Below are positions 18,194 to 27,463 of a stretch of DNA of 64,000 nt, piece after piece (position 1 is the first letter of the stretch; each line of letters begins with the position of its first letter). The DNA is taken from positions 161,619 through 225,618 of the forward strand of contig JAFTCA010000010.1 of NCBI GenBank assembly GCA_017454945.1, in the 5' to 3' direction. A program made the translations under genes and the position numbers. The stretch is from Bacteroidales bacterium (GTDB lineage Bacteria; Bacteroidota; Bacteroidia; Bacteroidales; WCHB1-69). A model generated the notes under the pieces. It had not been told where the DNA came from, made no database searches, and saw nothing but the letters and a program-made list of their open reading frames with translations.

Positions 18194-18595
18194 TTATTCT
18201 TTCTTTTTCAGTGTGAAATTAATTTCCTTGGTCAGCGTACCTTCATTCCATCCACTCCCTCCCTGCAAGTCGCCACGGCTGTAGGTTATCGTTTTTATCT
18301 GAGGCTCAAAATCCCCACCATTTGCTTCTCCGTCAATATCGGTAGCCGTTACGAGTAGGGATTCTCTCCCTAATCGCAAATCACCGTGCGCTCTATAAAT
18401 GCCCTCTGCGTCTGTATAAAATGTATCGTACTGTTGTACAACCACTTGAATATCTTGCAATGACTGATTATCCTCATCTGAAACCTGACCTTTGATTTCG
18501 TAAGTGGCTTTTGGGGTTCCATAAGCTGCAGTATGGTAGCACGTTGCCAATGAAAAGCCTAACAAACTCAACAAAAACGTTAATAAGCGTTTCAT
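18194..18595 (-). CDS. rSAM-associated lipoprotein, paralog
   Basis: Lipobox LATC followed by ...AAYGTPKATYEIKGQVSDEDNQSL...TDAEGIY...TDIDGEANGGDF...GTLTKEINFTLKKK. Confidence 0.8.
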   Translation of the reverse strand: MKRLLTFLLSLLGFSLATCYHTAAYGTPKATYEIKGQVSDEDNQSLQDIQVVVQQYDTFYTDAEGIYRAHGDLRLGRESLLVTATDIDGEANGGDFEPQIKTITYSRGDLQGGSGWNEGTLTKEINFTLKKKE

Positions 18596-18611
18596 AAGTC
18601 ACTATTTTTGG

Positions 18612-18619
18612 CAAAGATA
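18612..18619 (-). promoter_or_regulatory. -7 box TATCTTTG for the lipoprotein/rSAM operon
   Basis: Exact TAnnTTTG on the minus strand, about 17 nt upstream of the ATG at 18595. Confidence 0.55.
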
Positions 18620-18675
18620 ATACTATTTATTTACAGTAAGTATTAAATATAACGCTATTTAACATTTTTTATTAT

Positions 18676-18703
18676 AAAAATGGTAGCGTACCTTCGGTAC
18701 GCA
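18676..18703 (-). terminator. Possible murC terminator at the end of a hairpin-rich 3' region
   Basis: GCGTACC/GGTACGC stem (18686-18702). The U-run starts 5 nt after the stem, which is suboptimal. Confidence 0.35.
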
Positions 18704-18815
18704 AGCTTTGGTCTTTGCTACACTCCTCATACTGCGGCCTAACGGCCTTGTAAGGGGTTAATAGGAGATTGTGCCGATGGCACAAAAATTTCTTTTGTCG
18801 ATACTATCTCGTAGA

Positions 18816-20168
18816 TTAGCGCAGATTTTCCAACAGCGCTTTGATTTTCGGCACAAAGCGGTCGATGTTGCCAGCACCAATGGTGAGCAGCACTTCTGGG
18901 CGATTTATTTCCAGATAATCAAGCAGTTGCGAATCTTCTACCAGCACCTTATTTTCCACAGGGATCATATCAAGCAAATACTGCGAGGTGATGCCAGGGA
19001 TGGGCTTCTCGCGGGCGGGGTAGATGTTGAGCAGGATCACCTTGTCGAGCAGGGCGAGGGCCTCGGCAAACTGCGGGGCGAAGTCGCGGGTGCGCGAGAA
19101 GAGGTGCGGCTGGAAGATGCCCGTCAATTGTTTGTCGGGGTAGATGTTGCGCACCGCTTTAAGAAACGCTTTGATCTCTTCGGGGTGGTGAGCATAATCG
19201 TCGATATAGACCACATCATCGCGGACCACTTGGAAGTCGAAGCGCCGCTTGACACCGCTAAATTGGCTCAACTGACTTGAAATCAGTTCCGTGGGAAGTT
19301 TTGACAGCCATGCCACGGCAAAGGCGGCGGTAGCGTTCAGCACATTGTGCAAACCCGACACGCCCAGCTCCACATGGCGGCAAACATCGTCAGGACACCT
19401 GATGTCAAATTCGGCTTTGTGTGGCCACTGCTGAATGCGATGGGCGTAGAAGTCGGACGACGGCTCAAAGCCATAGACCATCTTGTGCGGATGGCTGATT
19501 TTGGCTGCCACTTTCTCGCACACCACCACGGCGCCGTCGCGATCCACCTGGTCGGCAAACTGCTGGAACGAAGCTTCCAGATTCTTCTTCTCGCCATAAA
19601 TGTCCAGATGGTCGGCATCCATCGAGGTGATGACCGCGATGGAAGGATAGAGTGTGAGGAACGAACGGTCGAACTCGTCGGCCTCCACGATGAAGGCCTC
19701 GGGATTGGACGAAAGCACCAGGTTGCTATCGAAATTCTTGGCAATGCCGCCAATGAAGGCCGTCACTGGCATGGCGGCGTGGAAAATTTGCGCCAGCATC
19801 GAGGTGGTGGTAGTTTTACCATGCGTGCCCGCTACAGCCAGCGTGCGATGCCCTTTGGTAATGATTCCCAGCACCTGTGAACGCTTGTAAATGGGAATAT
19901 TATTTTCTGTAAAAAATTGATATTCTGCGTGTTGTTTGCTTACAGCAGGTGTATAGACCACAAAATCAACGTGAGCAGGAATCTGGCTCACATCTTCGGT
20001 GAAATGCACATGCGCTCCTTCGGCCACGAGTTGGTCGATGAGCGGCGACGGTGTCAGGTCGTAACCGTAAACCTCATCACCGGCGTGCATAAAATAGCGA
20101 GCCAGCGCGCTCATGCCAATGCCACCTATACCAAGGAAATATATCGTTCTTTTCTGCTGCATAATCAA
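18816..20168 (-). CDS. murC: UDP-N-acetylmuramate--L-alanine ligase
   Basis: IYFLGIGGIGMSALARYF..., GTHGKTTTTSM, Mur ligase middle and C-terminal domains. Mpl was considered less likely given the N-terminal motif. Confidence 0.8.
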   Translation of the reverse strand: MIMQQKRTIYFLGIGGIGMSALARYFMHAGDEVYGYDLTPSPLIDQLVAEGAHVHFTEDVSQIPAHVDFVVYTPAVSKQHAEYQFFTENNIPIYKRSQVLGIITKGHRTLAVAGTHGKTTTTSMLAQIFHAAMPVTAFIGGIAKNFDSNLVLSSNPEAFIVEADEFDRSFLTLYPSIAVITSMDADHLDIYGEKKNLEASFQQFADQVDRDGAVVVCEKVAAKISHPHKMVYGFEPSSDFYAHRIQQWPHKAEFDIRCPDDVCRHVELGVSGLHNVLNATAAFAVAWLSKLPTELISSQLSQFSGVKRRFDFQVVRDDVVYIDDYAHHPEEIKAFLKAVRNIYPDKQLTGIFQPHLFSRTRDFAPQFAEALALLDKVILLNIYPAREKPIPGITSQYLLDMIPVENKVLVEDSQLLDYLEINRPEVLLTIGAGNIDRFVPKIKALLENLR

Positions 20169-20214
20169 CTGTCGTTACGAAACGCAAAGATACAGATATT
20201 TTTGTTGAAGAGAA

Positions 20215-20350
20215 CAGGGAGAAGTGAGGGGTGAGGAGTGAAAAGTTAAGAAACTAAGAAACTAAGGAGTTAAGAGTTATGGAATTATCGAATTATAGAA
20301 ATTTAATGTCTAATATCTAAAAACTAGAAACTAACAACTAATAACTAAAG
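20215..20350. repeat. Short-word intergenic array (AGTTAAGAA / ACTAAG / TTAT.GAA words)
   Basis: Shares the exact 19-mer agaaactaaggagttaaga (20257-20275) with 34831-34849, and is homologous in reverse complement to 31020-31070. Confidence 0.8.
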
Positions 20351-20389
20351 TCTCATTTGTTCTTTGTTCTTTGAATTTTGAATTTTTAG

Positions 20390-20397
20390 TATGTTTG
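20390..20397 (+). promoter_or_regulatory. -7 box TATGTTTG upstream of pepT
   Basis: Exact TAnnTTTG. Confidence 0.5.
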
Positions 20398-20434
20398 CAA
20401 TTCATTCATCGCATATCATTAAAACATCATAATT

Positions 20435-21658
20435 ATGAAAAAGAAATTATTGGAAAGATTTTCGCAATACATTGCGTATGCCACCACTTCCGACGAGACT
20501 TCCGCAAGTTATCCGAGCACGGCTGCCCAGCTGGTTTTCGGTGATTTTCTGGTTGAAGAACTGAAAAAACTCGGTTTGACCGAGGTCAAGAAGGACGAAT
20601 ACGGCTATGTGACGGCCACGTTGCCTGCCAACACCGACAAAGTGCTTCCCACGATTGGCTTTATTGCTCACTTTGATACGGCTCCCGATATGCCTGGCAT
20701 CGCCAAGCCGCGCATTATCAACAACTATGACGGCAAAGACATCATGCTGGATGCTGAAACCAACACGGCGCTGACGCTCGCCGACTTTCCCGAATTGAAG
20801 GAGTATGTAGGACAGACGCTACTCACCACCGACGGCAAGACGCTGTTGGGAGCCGACGACAAAGCCGGCATTGCCGAGATTGTCTGTGCCATGGAATACC
20901 TTATGGCCCATTCCGAAATCAAACATGGCAAAATCAGAGTGGGCTTCACCCCTGACGAAGAGATTGGCAAGGGTGTGCTGCATTTTGATGTAAAGGGCTT
21001 TGGCTGCGACTTTGCCTACACGATGGATGGTGGCGCCGTTGGTGAACTGGAGTATGAGAATTTCAACGCCGCCGCCGCAACCATCAAGGTGCAAGGCCGC
21101 AACATCCATCCAGGTTATGCCAAGAACAAGATGGTCAACTCGCAACTGATAGCGATGGAATTCAACGCCCTGCTGCCCGAGTTCCAAAGACCGCAATACA
21201 CGCAGGATTACGAAGGTTTCTACCTGCTCATCCGAATGGAAGGCACCGTGGAGAACAGCACTCTCACCTACATTATCCGCGACCACGACCGCAAACTGTT
21301 TGAAGAAAAGAAGCAATATATGCTAACTGTCACCGATTTCCTCAACCAAAAATACGGTAACCGTGTCACCTGCGACATCAAGGACCAGTACTACAACATG
21401 CGCGAAAAGATTGAGCCCGTATTTCATGTGGTGGAAATTGCCGAAGAGGCCATCAAGGAGGCAGGTGTTGAACCAAAGGTCATGCCCATCCGTGGCGGTA
21501 CCGACGGCGCCAACCTGTCGTTCAAAGGTCTGCCCTGCCCCAATATTTTTGCTGGCGGCCACAACTTCCACGGCAAGTACGAATATGTGCCGCTGGAGTC
21601 AATGGAAAAGGCTGTAGAGGTGATTGTCAACATTGCCAAGATTGTTGGCGAAAGATAA
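20435..21658 (+). CDS. pepT: Peptidase T (tripeptide aminopeptidase, M20B)
   Basis: [13 protein letters not shown]...SDE.S...[22 protein letters not shown]. Confidence 0.93.
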   Translation: MKKKLLERFSQYIAYATTSDETSASYPSTAAQLVFGDFLVEELKKLGLTEVKKDEYGYVTATLPANTDKVLPTIGFIAHFDTAPDMPGIAKPRIINNYDGKDIMLDAETNTALTLADFPELKEYVGQTLLTTDGKTLLGADDKAGIAEIVCAMEYLMAHSEIKHGKIRVGFTPDEEIGKGVLHFDVKGFGCDFAYTMDGGAVGELEYENFNAAAATIKVQGRNIHPGYAKNKMVNSQLIAMEFNALLPEFQRPQYTQDYEGFYLLIRMEGTVENSTLTYIIRDHDRKLFEEKKQYMLTVTDFLNQKYGNRVTCDIKDQYYNMREKIEPVFHVVEIAEEAIKEAGVEPKVMPIRGGTDGANLSFKGLPCPNIFAGGHNFHGKYEYVPLESMEKAVEVIVNIAKIVGER

Positions 21659-21666
21659 AAGAGGTG

Positions 21667-21700
21667 AAAAAACATCCATATTGATTATGGATGTTTTTTT
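21667..21700. terminator. Terminator after pepT
   Basis: AAAAAACATCCATA ttgat TATGGATGTTTTTT. Confidence 0.8.
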
Positions 21701-21744
21701 ACTTCCACAGCCGTAATATCTATACTATCGGTAAATGCTTTAAT

Positions 21745-22232
21745 TATCAACTTTCTTTTTCGGGCAAAAAAAGAAAGTTGCAAAGAAAAGTTGCCTTCGC
21801 CGCTGGCATTTTATTTTGCTAAAAAACGGCCACCGTACGCTAAAAATCTGAACTTGCAGTTCGTCACTACGTTCCTCACTGCTTCAAACAAGCAGATTTT
21901 TTTAACGCTTAACGCTGCCTCGTTTTTTGCAAGCCGCTTCGCGTCTTCCACGCAAAATACAATGAGGCGGCACTCTTGGTTCGATTTGATCTTTCATAAT
22001 CTCTTGAAATGATGGTATAACAAAGAATTTGAAAAAAACGCGCATTAGCAATAAGGATGCGTAAAAAATTAGCAATGGGTGGGCGTTAAGAGGCGGCGTT
22101 GTCTGAAGCACGCACAGCGTGCAAGTTTAGCCGCCTTAGCCCGCGGATTGCAATTTTTAGCATCCGTTTGCGTAGCGCTTAGCGCTTTTCTTTTGGTTCT
22201 TTTCTTTGGCAAGACAAAGAAAAAGAACATAA
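21745..22232. repeat. Diverged inverted duplication (arms of about 200 bp) in an ORF-free gap
   Basis: Colinear inverted word matches: gctaaaaa 21818 with 22153-22161; aacttgca 21851-21858 with 22120-22127; tgcttca 21880-21886 with 22104-22110; ttaacgc 21902-21908 with 22083-22089. The outer ends are A/T-rich hairpins at 21751-21777 and 22198-22228. Confidence 0.6.
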
Positions 22233-22273
22233 AATTACTATTGGTTTAATACTTGAGGAATATTTCTACATAC

Positions 22274-22307
22274 AAAAAAAGGGCGAATTTTCATTCGTCC
22301 TTTTTTT
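22274..22307 (-). terminator. Terminator after the MFS transporter gene
   Basis: GGGCGAA / TTCGTCC stem flanked by A7 and T7. Confidence 0.6.
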
Positions 22308-22328
22308 ATCGTTTTATAAATCAGTCGT

Positions 22329-24044
22329 TTATTTTACATTGGGTTCTTCCAGGCCGAGGTGTTGTTTCTTATCCACGGCTTTCAGGATAATACCCAGAAT
22401 AAGTGCGGAAACACCCAAGCATGCCAGCATTACAAGCGGCCAGGTATAGTCGTACTGAACGGCAGCTTGTTCAGAAATGGCTTGCACTTGGCTTGCGGCC
22501 TGTTCGGGAGTCATCAAACCACTGGCTACAGCTGCCGAGGTCTCTTCCTTAACTTGGGCAATACGAGCCACAATCTCCGGATTGGTCTTGTCGAGCACCT
22601 TACCGATAAGTAACGGGAAGAGCCACAAACCAATGTTCTGGATCCAGAAAATGAGCGCGTAGGCGGAACCGATGATCTTCTCATCGACCAACTTCGGCAC
22701 ACTGGGCCACAAAGCGGCGGGCACCAATGAGAAGGAGGCGCCGAGCACCAAAATAGTAACATAAGCCACGATAACGCCGCCGATTTCACTTTCTTTAAAG
22801 CCAGGAAGGATGAAAGCAAATGTCAAGTGGCAGATAATCAACAATAAAGAGCCAATCATCAGCATGGAAGCGGCTTTACCCTTGTGGTCCACATAGTTAC
22901 CGAGAATAGGGGTGATGGCCACAGCCAACAGCGGGAACACAGCGAAAATGGTTTCGGCAGTACCGCGCATGTAACCCATATAGCAATATACTACCAATGC
23001 CACAACGGCCAATGCCATCAGGACTATCTTGTTGGTTTTGTTTTTGGAGAAATTGCTGGTGAACGAGCAAACTGCCACTAACAACATAACAATGTATTGG
23101 ATGATGGTTACGCTGCTGCCAGCCCAGAAACCTTCACCAGGATTGAGGGTCAGGTTGCATTGCAACATGTTCACAGCATATTTCTGGAACGGGAAGATGG
23201 CGCTGTAGTAAAGTACACAGAGCAGAGCCACCAACCAGAAACCGCCAGAAGAGAGGATTTTGCCAATATCGGAAACCTTGAAGGGATCGTCTTTCTCTTC
23301 GGCTTCACCAGTTTGAGCATCCAATTTTTTGTCCATGAAGAAGTAAACAATAAACATCATGAGCGCGATGCAGAGCAATACCACACCAAATGCTACAGAG
23401 CGGGAAACATCCACATTACCACCCAACTTAGCAAAGAAAGGCGAGAAGATCATACAGGTGGCAACACCCAGACGGGCGAGGGCCATCTCAGAACCCATTG
23501 CCAATGCTGTTTCGCGACCTTTGAACCATTTTACAATACCACGTGAAACGGTGATACCGGCCATTTCTACGCCGCAACCAAAAATCATGAAACCGATAGC
23601 AGCCACTTTTGCAGAGGCGGGCATTCCTTCATAGAATGGAGCCACACCCAGTTGCTCAAAGCCTGGAATGTGATTCAAATGGTTGGTGAACCAAGCCTCT
23701 ATACCACTACCCATAAAAGCTTCTGTCACAGCATAATACTTAATGAGTCCGCCGATGAGCATCACAGCACCCGACAAGACGGCAGTGAAACGCACACCCA
23801 TTTTATCGAGAATAATACCGGCAAAGATGAGGAAGAAGACGAAGACATTCAGGAATGTCTCGGCACCCTGCATCGTACCGAAGGCGGTGGAGTCCCAACC
23901 GCGAGTTGACTGCATCAAATCTTTAATTGGAGAGAGAATGTCCATGAAGATGTATGAACAGAACATGGCCAGCGCCAGCAAAAGCAGCGCAATCCAACGC
24001 ATGGCGGGATTGTCTCTCAATGTAGCTTGTACTTTTTCTACCAT
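22329..24044 (-). CDS. MFS-type transporter (long, polytopic)
   Basis: 571 aa and strongly hydrophobic with many predicted TM helices. Substrate is unknown. A -7 box TATCTTTG lies at 24099-24106 on the minus strand. Confidence 0.7.
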   Translation of the reverse strand: MVEKVQATLRDNPAMRWIALLLLALAMFCSYIFMDILSPIKDLMQSTRGWDSTAFGTMQGAETFLNVFVFFLIFAGIILDKMGVRFTAVLSGAVMLIGGLIKYYAVTEAFMGSGIEAWFTNHLNHIPGFEQLGVAPFYEGMPASAKVAAIGFMIFGCGVEMAGITVSRGIVKWFKGRETALAMGSEMALARLGVATCMIFSPFFAKLGGNVDVSRSVAFGVVLLCIALMMFIVYFFMDKKLDAQTGEAEEKDDPFKVSDIGKILSSGGFWLVALLCVLYYSAIFPFQKYAVNMLQCNLTLNPGEGFWAGSSVTIIQYIVMLLVAVCSFTSNFSKNKTNKIVLMALAVVALVVYCYMGYMRGTAETIFAVFPLLAVAITPILGNYVDHKGKAASMLMIGSLLLIICHLTFAFILPGFKESEIGGVIVAYVTILVLGASFSLVPAALWPSVPKLVDEKIIGSAYALIFWIQNIGLWLFPLLIGKVLDKTNPEIVARIAQVKEETSAAVASGLMTPEQAASQVQAISEQAAVQYDYTWPLVMLACLGVSALILGIILKAVDKKQHLGLEEPNVK

Positions 24045-24144
24045 AATTAAGAAATTTAAAAAATGTTAATATGTTATGTTATCTTGATTTTCGATGGGCA
24101 AAGATACGGCAACTTTTGTTTTGTTATCAAAAAAAATCTTCACT

Positions 24145-24615
24145 TTAGTCGGCCTCATTGCGCATAGCGGCGCGCCGGTTGTCCTTCTCTTTGATGCTCT
24201 CACGCTTGTCGTACATCTTCTTACCACGGGCGAGGGCAATGTCGAGTTTGGCATAGCCATTTTCGTTAATCCACATACGTGTCGGAATGATGGTCATACC
24301 GCGTTCGTTGAGTTTAGATTGTAACTTCTTGAGTTCCTTGCGAGTAAGCAAAAGTTTGCGGTCGCGTTTGGGTTCATGGTTATTGTAGCTGCCGTTGGCA
24401 TACTCGCTGATATGGATATTGTGTGCCCACAACTCCCCATTTTCAAACGAGCAGTACGAATCGGTAAGGTTGACCTTGCCTGCGCGAATGGATTTTATTT
24501 CAGTGCCGCACAACACGATACCCGCCGTGAAAGTTGTGAGCAGATAATACTCAAACTCGGCTTTACGGTTTTTGATAGATATATTGGAATTGTTCTGGCT
24601 TTTATTCTTACTCAT
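24145..24615 (-). CDS. smpB: SsrA-binding protein
   Basis: [28 protein letters not shown]...KLLL.RKE..KL. Confidence 0.95.
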   Translation of the reverse strand: MSKNKSQNNSNISIKNRKAEFEYYLLTTFTAGIVLCGTEIKSIRAGKVNLTDSYCSFENGELWAHNIHISEYANGSYNNHEPKRDRKLLLTRKELKKLQSKLNERGMTIIPTRMWINENGYAKLDIALARGKKMYDKRESIKEKDNRRAAMRNEAD

Positions 24616-24630
24616 GAAAATCCTTCCCCA

Positions 24631-25725
24631 TTATACATACTTATCACCAAAATCCACCTGCACATCGTTGACGTACTGGCGAATCTGCTGTTCGTCCTCT
24701 TTCTTGCAAATCAGCAATTCATCATCGTGATCCACAATAATATAGTCTTCCATTCCCTGGATAACCGCCACTTTATGCTTAGGCATATTAATGATGCAAT
24801 TGCGTGTATTGTAAGTTTTTACCTGGCGTCCAATGATGGCGTTGCCATTGTCGTCTTTCGGGCGCATATCGTACAGCGAGCCCCATGTGCCCAGGTCGGA
24901 CCAGCCGAACTCGGCGGCGCACACATACACATTGCGGGCTTTCTCCATAATGCCGTAGTCGATGGAAATGTTACGACATACCTGATAGATGTTGTGGATG
25001 AAATCCTTCTCATCGCGGGTGTTGTAGAAGACCATGCCTTGCTTGAACAGGTCGTTGATTTCGGGCAAGAACTCCTCGAATGCCTGCTCGATGGACTTTA
25101 GCGACCACATGAAGATACCGGCATTCCACAAGAAGTCGCCGCACTCGATGAACTGTTTGGCCATTTCATACGCAGGCTTTTCGGTGAAGGTCTTCACTTT
25201 ATAGACAGAGTTGCTATCTTTATACTTCACATCTTCCTCGTATTGGATATAGCCGTAGCCAGTGTGCGGGAACGAGGGGCGGATGCCGATGGTGAGCAGG
25301 TTGTTGCTCTCGGCGGCGATGGCCATGCCCGACTGGATCACTTCGGTGAACACATCTTCTTTTTGGATGACATGGTCAGACGGAGCCACTACGATAACGG
25401 CATTAGGGTTCTTCTTCTTGATTTTATAGTTTGCGTAGGCGATACAGGGAGCGGTATTGCGGCGAGCTGCCTCCAATACGATGTTCTCTTCGGGCAGCGC
25501 AGGCAGTTGCGCCTTCACTGTATCACGATACATGATATTGGTCACCACATAGATATTTTCGGGAAGACAAATCTTCTCAAAACGACGGAAGGTCTTTTGT
25601 ATCAATGTGGTACCATCACCTAAAATATCAATAAACTGTTTTGGGGTGGCGGTTTTGCTGAGGGGCCAAAAGCGGGCACCGATGCCGCCAGCCATAATTA
25701 CGCAATAATAATTGGGATTTATCAT
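24631..25725 (-). CDS. Mannose-1-phosphate guanylyltransferase (nucleotidyltransferase)
   Basis: VIMAGGIGARFWPLSK...PKQF N-terminal motif, 364 aa. Confidence 0.8.
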   Translation of the reverse strand: MINPNYYCVIMAGGIGARFWPLSKTATPKQFIDILGDGTTLIQKTFRRFEKICLPENIYVVTNIMYRDTVKAQLPALPEENIVLEAARRNTAPCIAYANYKIKKKNPNAVIVVAPSDHVIQKEDVFTEVIQSGMAIAAESNNLLTIGIRPSFPHTGYGYIQYEEDVKYKDSNSVYKVKTFTEKPAYEMAKQFIECGDFLWNAGIFMWSLKSIEQAFEEFLPEINDLFKQGMVFYNTRDEKDFIHNIYQVCRNISIDYGIMEKARNVYVCAAEFGWSDLGTWGSLYDMRPKDDNGNAIIGRQVKTYNTRNCIINMPKHKVAVIQGMEDYIIVDHDDELLICKKEDEQQIRQYVNDVQVDFGDKYV

Positions 25726-25769
25726 AAAATGTATTGTTTGCTATGAATAACGCTAATTGGAAAAATAAA

Positions 25770-26420
25770 TTATGTTGTCTGCTGCTCTTTTTGTTTCTCG
25801 AGATAGCAGTGGCGGCAAAGCGGCTGGTAACTCTCCTTTTCACCCAACAGCACCTGCTTGTCGTTCAGCACGGTACGATAGGAATATTGCGCCAAGTCGC
25901 CACATTGAACGCAGATGGCGTGCGTCTTGGTCACATACTCGGCCACCGCCATCAGCTGGGGCATTGCGCCGAAAGGATTGCCGAGGTAATCCATATCGAG
26001 ACCTGCCACAATGACGCGGATACCGCTGTTGGCCAGCTTGTTGCAAACTGCCACAATACCCTCGTCGAAGAACTGCACCTCGTCGATGGCCACCACTTCC
26101 ACACTTTCCATATTGACGTACAGCAGTATCTCAGCCGAGTTGTTCACGGGCGTTGACATGACGGAAGTCTCATCGTGCGAAACCACAGCCTCCTCGTCGT
26201 AGCGGGTATCCACGGCGGGCTTGAATATCTCGATTTTCTGGTTGGCGAACTGCGCGCGGCGAATTCTTCGCAGCAATTCTTCCGTTTTGCCGGAAAACAT
26301 CGAGCCGCAAACCACCTCAATCCATCCTTTATTCTTGCTCCTATTCGCTTTACTCTCTAAGAACATCGACTTGATTGTTGCGTTTAATATTTTTTGTATT
26401 TTTGAAGACTTTTTCGCCAT
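25770..26420 (-). CDS. tdk: Thymidine kinase
   Basis: [21 protein letters not shown] and a C-terminal Cys pair (C..CG...C..C). The true start may be the internal ATG at 26366. Confidence 0.9.
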   Translation of the reverse strand: MAKKSSKIQKILNATIKSMFLESKANRSKNKGWIEVVCGSMFSGKTEELLRRIRRAQFANQKIEIFKPAVDTRYDEEAVVSHDETSVMSTPVNNSAEILLYVNMESVEVVAIDEVQFFDEGIVAVCNKLANSGIRVIVAGLDMDYLGNPFGAMPQLMAVAEYVTKTHAICVQCGDLAQYSYRTVLNDKQVLLGEKESYQPLCRHCYLEKQKEQQTT

Positions 26421-26474
26421 GCAAATTTACAAAATCATCGCATATATCTGTCATTAATTTCAATCCAAACCATT

Positions 26475-27458
26475 ATGAAAGAAAGTGTGCTTCAAATCAT
26501 TCACAATCTAACAGATATCAAAAATCAACTCAACGATTTAGCCCCTATTGAGAAAGACATTCTACTGCAAGAAATCCGTCAACTTTATGTTTCCGTTTTG
26601 GAAGCCGAAACTACTAAAACTGAAGAAGCCATTCCCGTGATAACACCTGCCAAGGAAGAGTCGAAGGAAGAAAAAGTTGTTGAGGCACAAGAAACTCCAG
26701 CCGAAGAACCCGCCATGGAGTTTGAGACGAAGGAAGAGGAACCTGCTCCCGAGCCGGAAATCATTGCAGAAGAGACGAAAGAAGAGCCGGCGCCATCTGT
26801 TGAACCAGAACCAGAAATTGCTGAGCCAGAGCCCATTGAACCAGAGCCCGAGCCTGTAGTTGAAGAGCCCACTGAGGCAGCACAGCCCGAAGTGGCCGCT
26901 ACGCTTGAGCCAGAGCCCGCCGACATTGCCGACGACCTGCTGCAATTCCTTCCAAAAGAGATGACCGAAGAGAAAGCGGTGGCCGAGCAGCCCGAGGAGA
27001 AGACCGCTGAAGAGAAGGTGGCCGAGTTTAGCGCCTCCCTGTTCCCCGAAGAGCCTGCCGTTGAGCCCGTTGCACAACCCGTTCAGCCAGAGCCCAAACC
27101 GGCCGAGCAACCCAAACCCGTTGAGCCGGCGCCACAAACAACATCGGAGAAACGCTCGCTGAACGACCTGCTGCAATCGCAACACGAAGAAAACTCCTTG
27201 TTCAACAAGATGCAGCAATCCAAAATCAACGATCTGCTCAAAGCCATTTCTTTAAATGATAAATTCTTGTTTATCAAAGAATTATTCCAAGGAAAAGGAG
27301 AGGATTTCAGTCTCAATATTCAGAAACTGAACAACTGTGCCAACCTGGATGAAGCCTTTGAGGAATTAGAAATGATGAAGAAACACTACTTCTGGGAATC
27401 CACCTCCGAGGCTTATCTGTCGCTGTGCGACCTCATCCGCAGAAGATATATCAACTAA
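26475..27458 (+). CDS. Hypothetical protein with a long acidic Pro/Glu-rich low-complexity linker
   Basis: About 200 aa of EEP/PEPE-type sequence sits between a short N-terminal helix and a C-terminal domain of about 100 aa. Confidence 0.6.
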   Translation: MKESVLQIIHNLTDIKNQLNDLAPIEKDILLQEIRQLYVSVLEAETTKTEEAIPVITPAKEESKEEKVVEAQETPAEEPAMEFETKEEEPAPEPEIIAEETKEEPAPSVEPEPEIAEPEPIEPEPEPVVEEPTEAAQPEVAATLEPEPADIADDLLQFLPKEMTEEKAVAEQPEEKTAEEKVAEFSASLFPEEPAVEPVAQPVQPEPKPAEQPKPVEPAPQTTSEKRSLNDLLQSQHEENSLFNKMQQSKINDLLKAISLNDKFLFIKELFQGKGEDFSLNIQKLNNCANLDEAFEELEMMKKHYFWESTSEAYLSLCDLIRRRYIN

Positions 27459-27463
27459 GAGAG

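Noticed and set aside
18816-20168. Alternative call as Mpl (murein peptide ligase) instead of MurC.
   Set aside because: The N-terminal FLGIGGIGMSALA motif and the length fit MurC better than the Mpl-type ILGICGTFMGG. It sits outside a dcw cluster, however, so some uncertainty remains.
21745-22232. Invertible (phase-variable) promoter flanked by inverted repeats.
   Set aside because: The inverted arms are long (about 200 bp) and strongly diverged, not short and near-perfect. There is no site-specific recombinase nearby. No outward-facing TAnnTTTG box was found, and both neighbouring genes converge on the region, so there is nothing to drive.
26562-27218. 218-aa minus-strand ORF and other ORFs overlapping the Pro/Glu-rich gene.
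   Set aside because: They are artefacts of the GAG/CCN-rich repeat composition. Their translations are G/L/F/R low-complexity. The plus-strand frame connects ordered N- and C-terminal domains.
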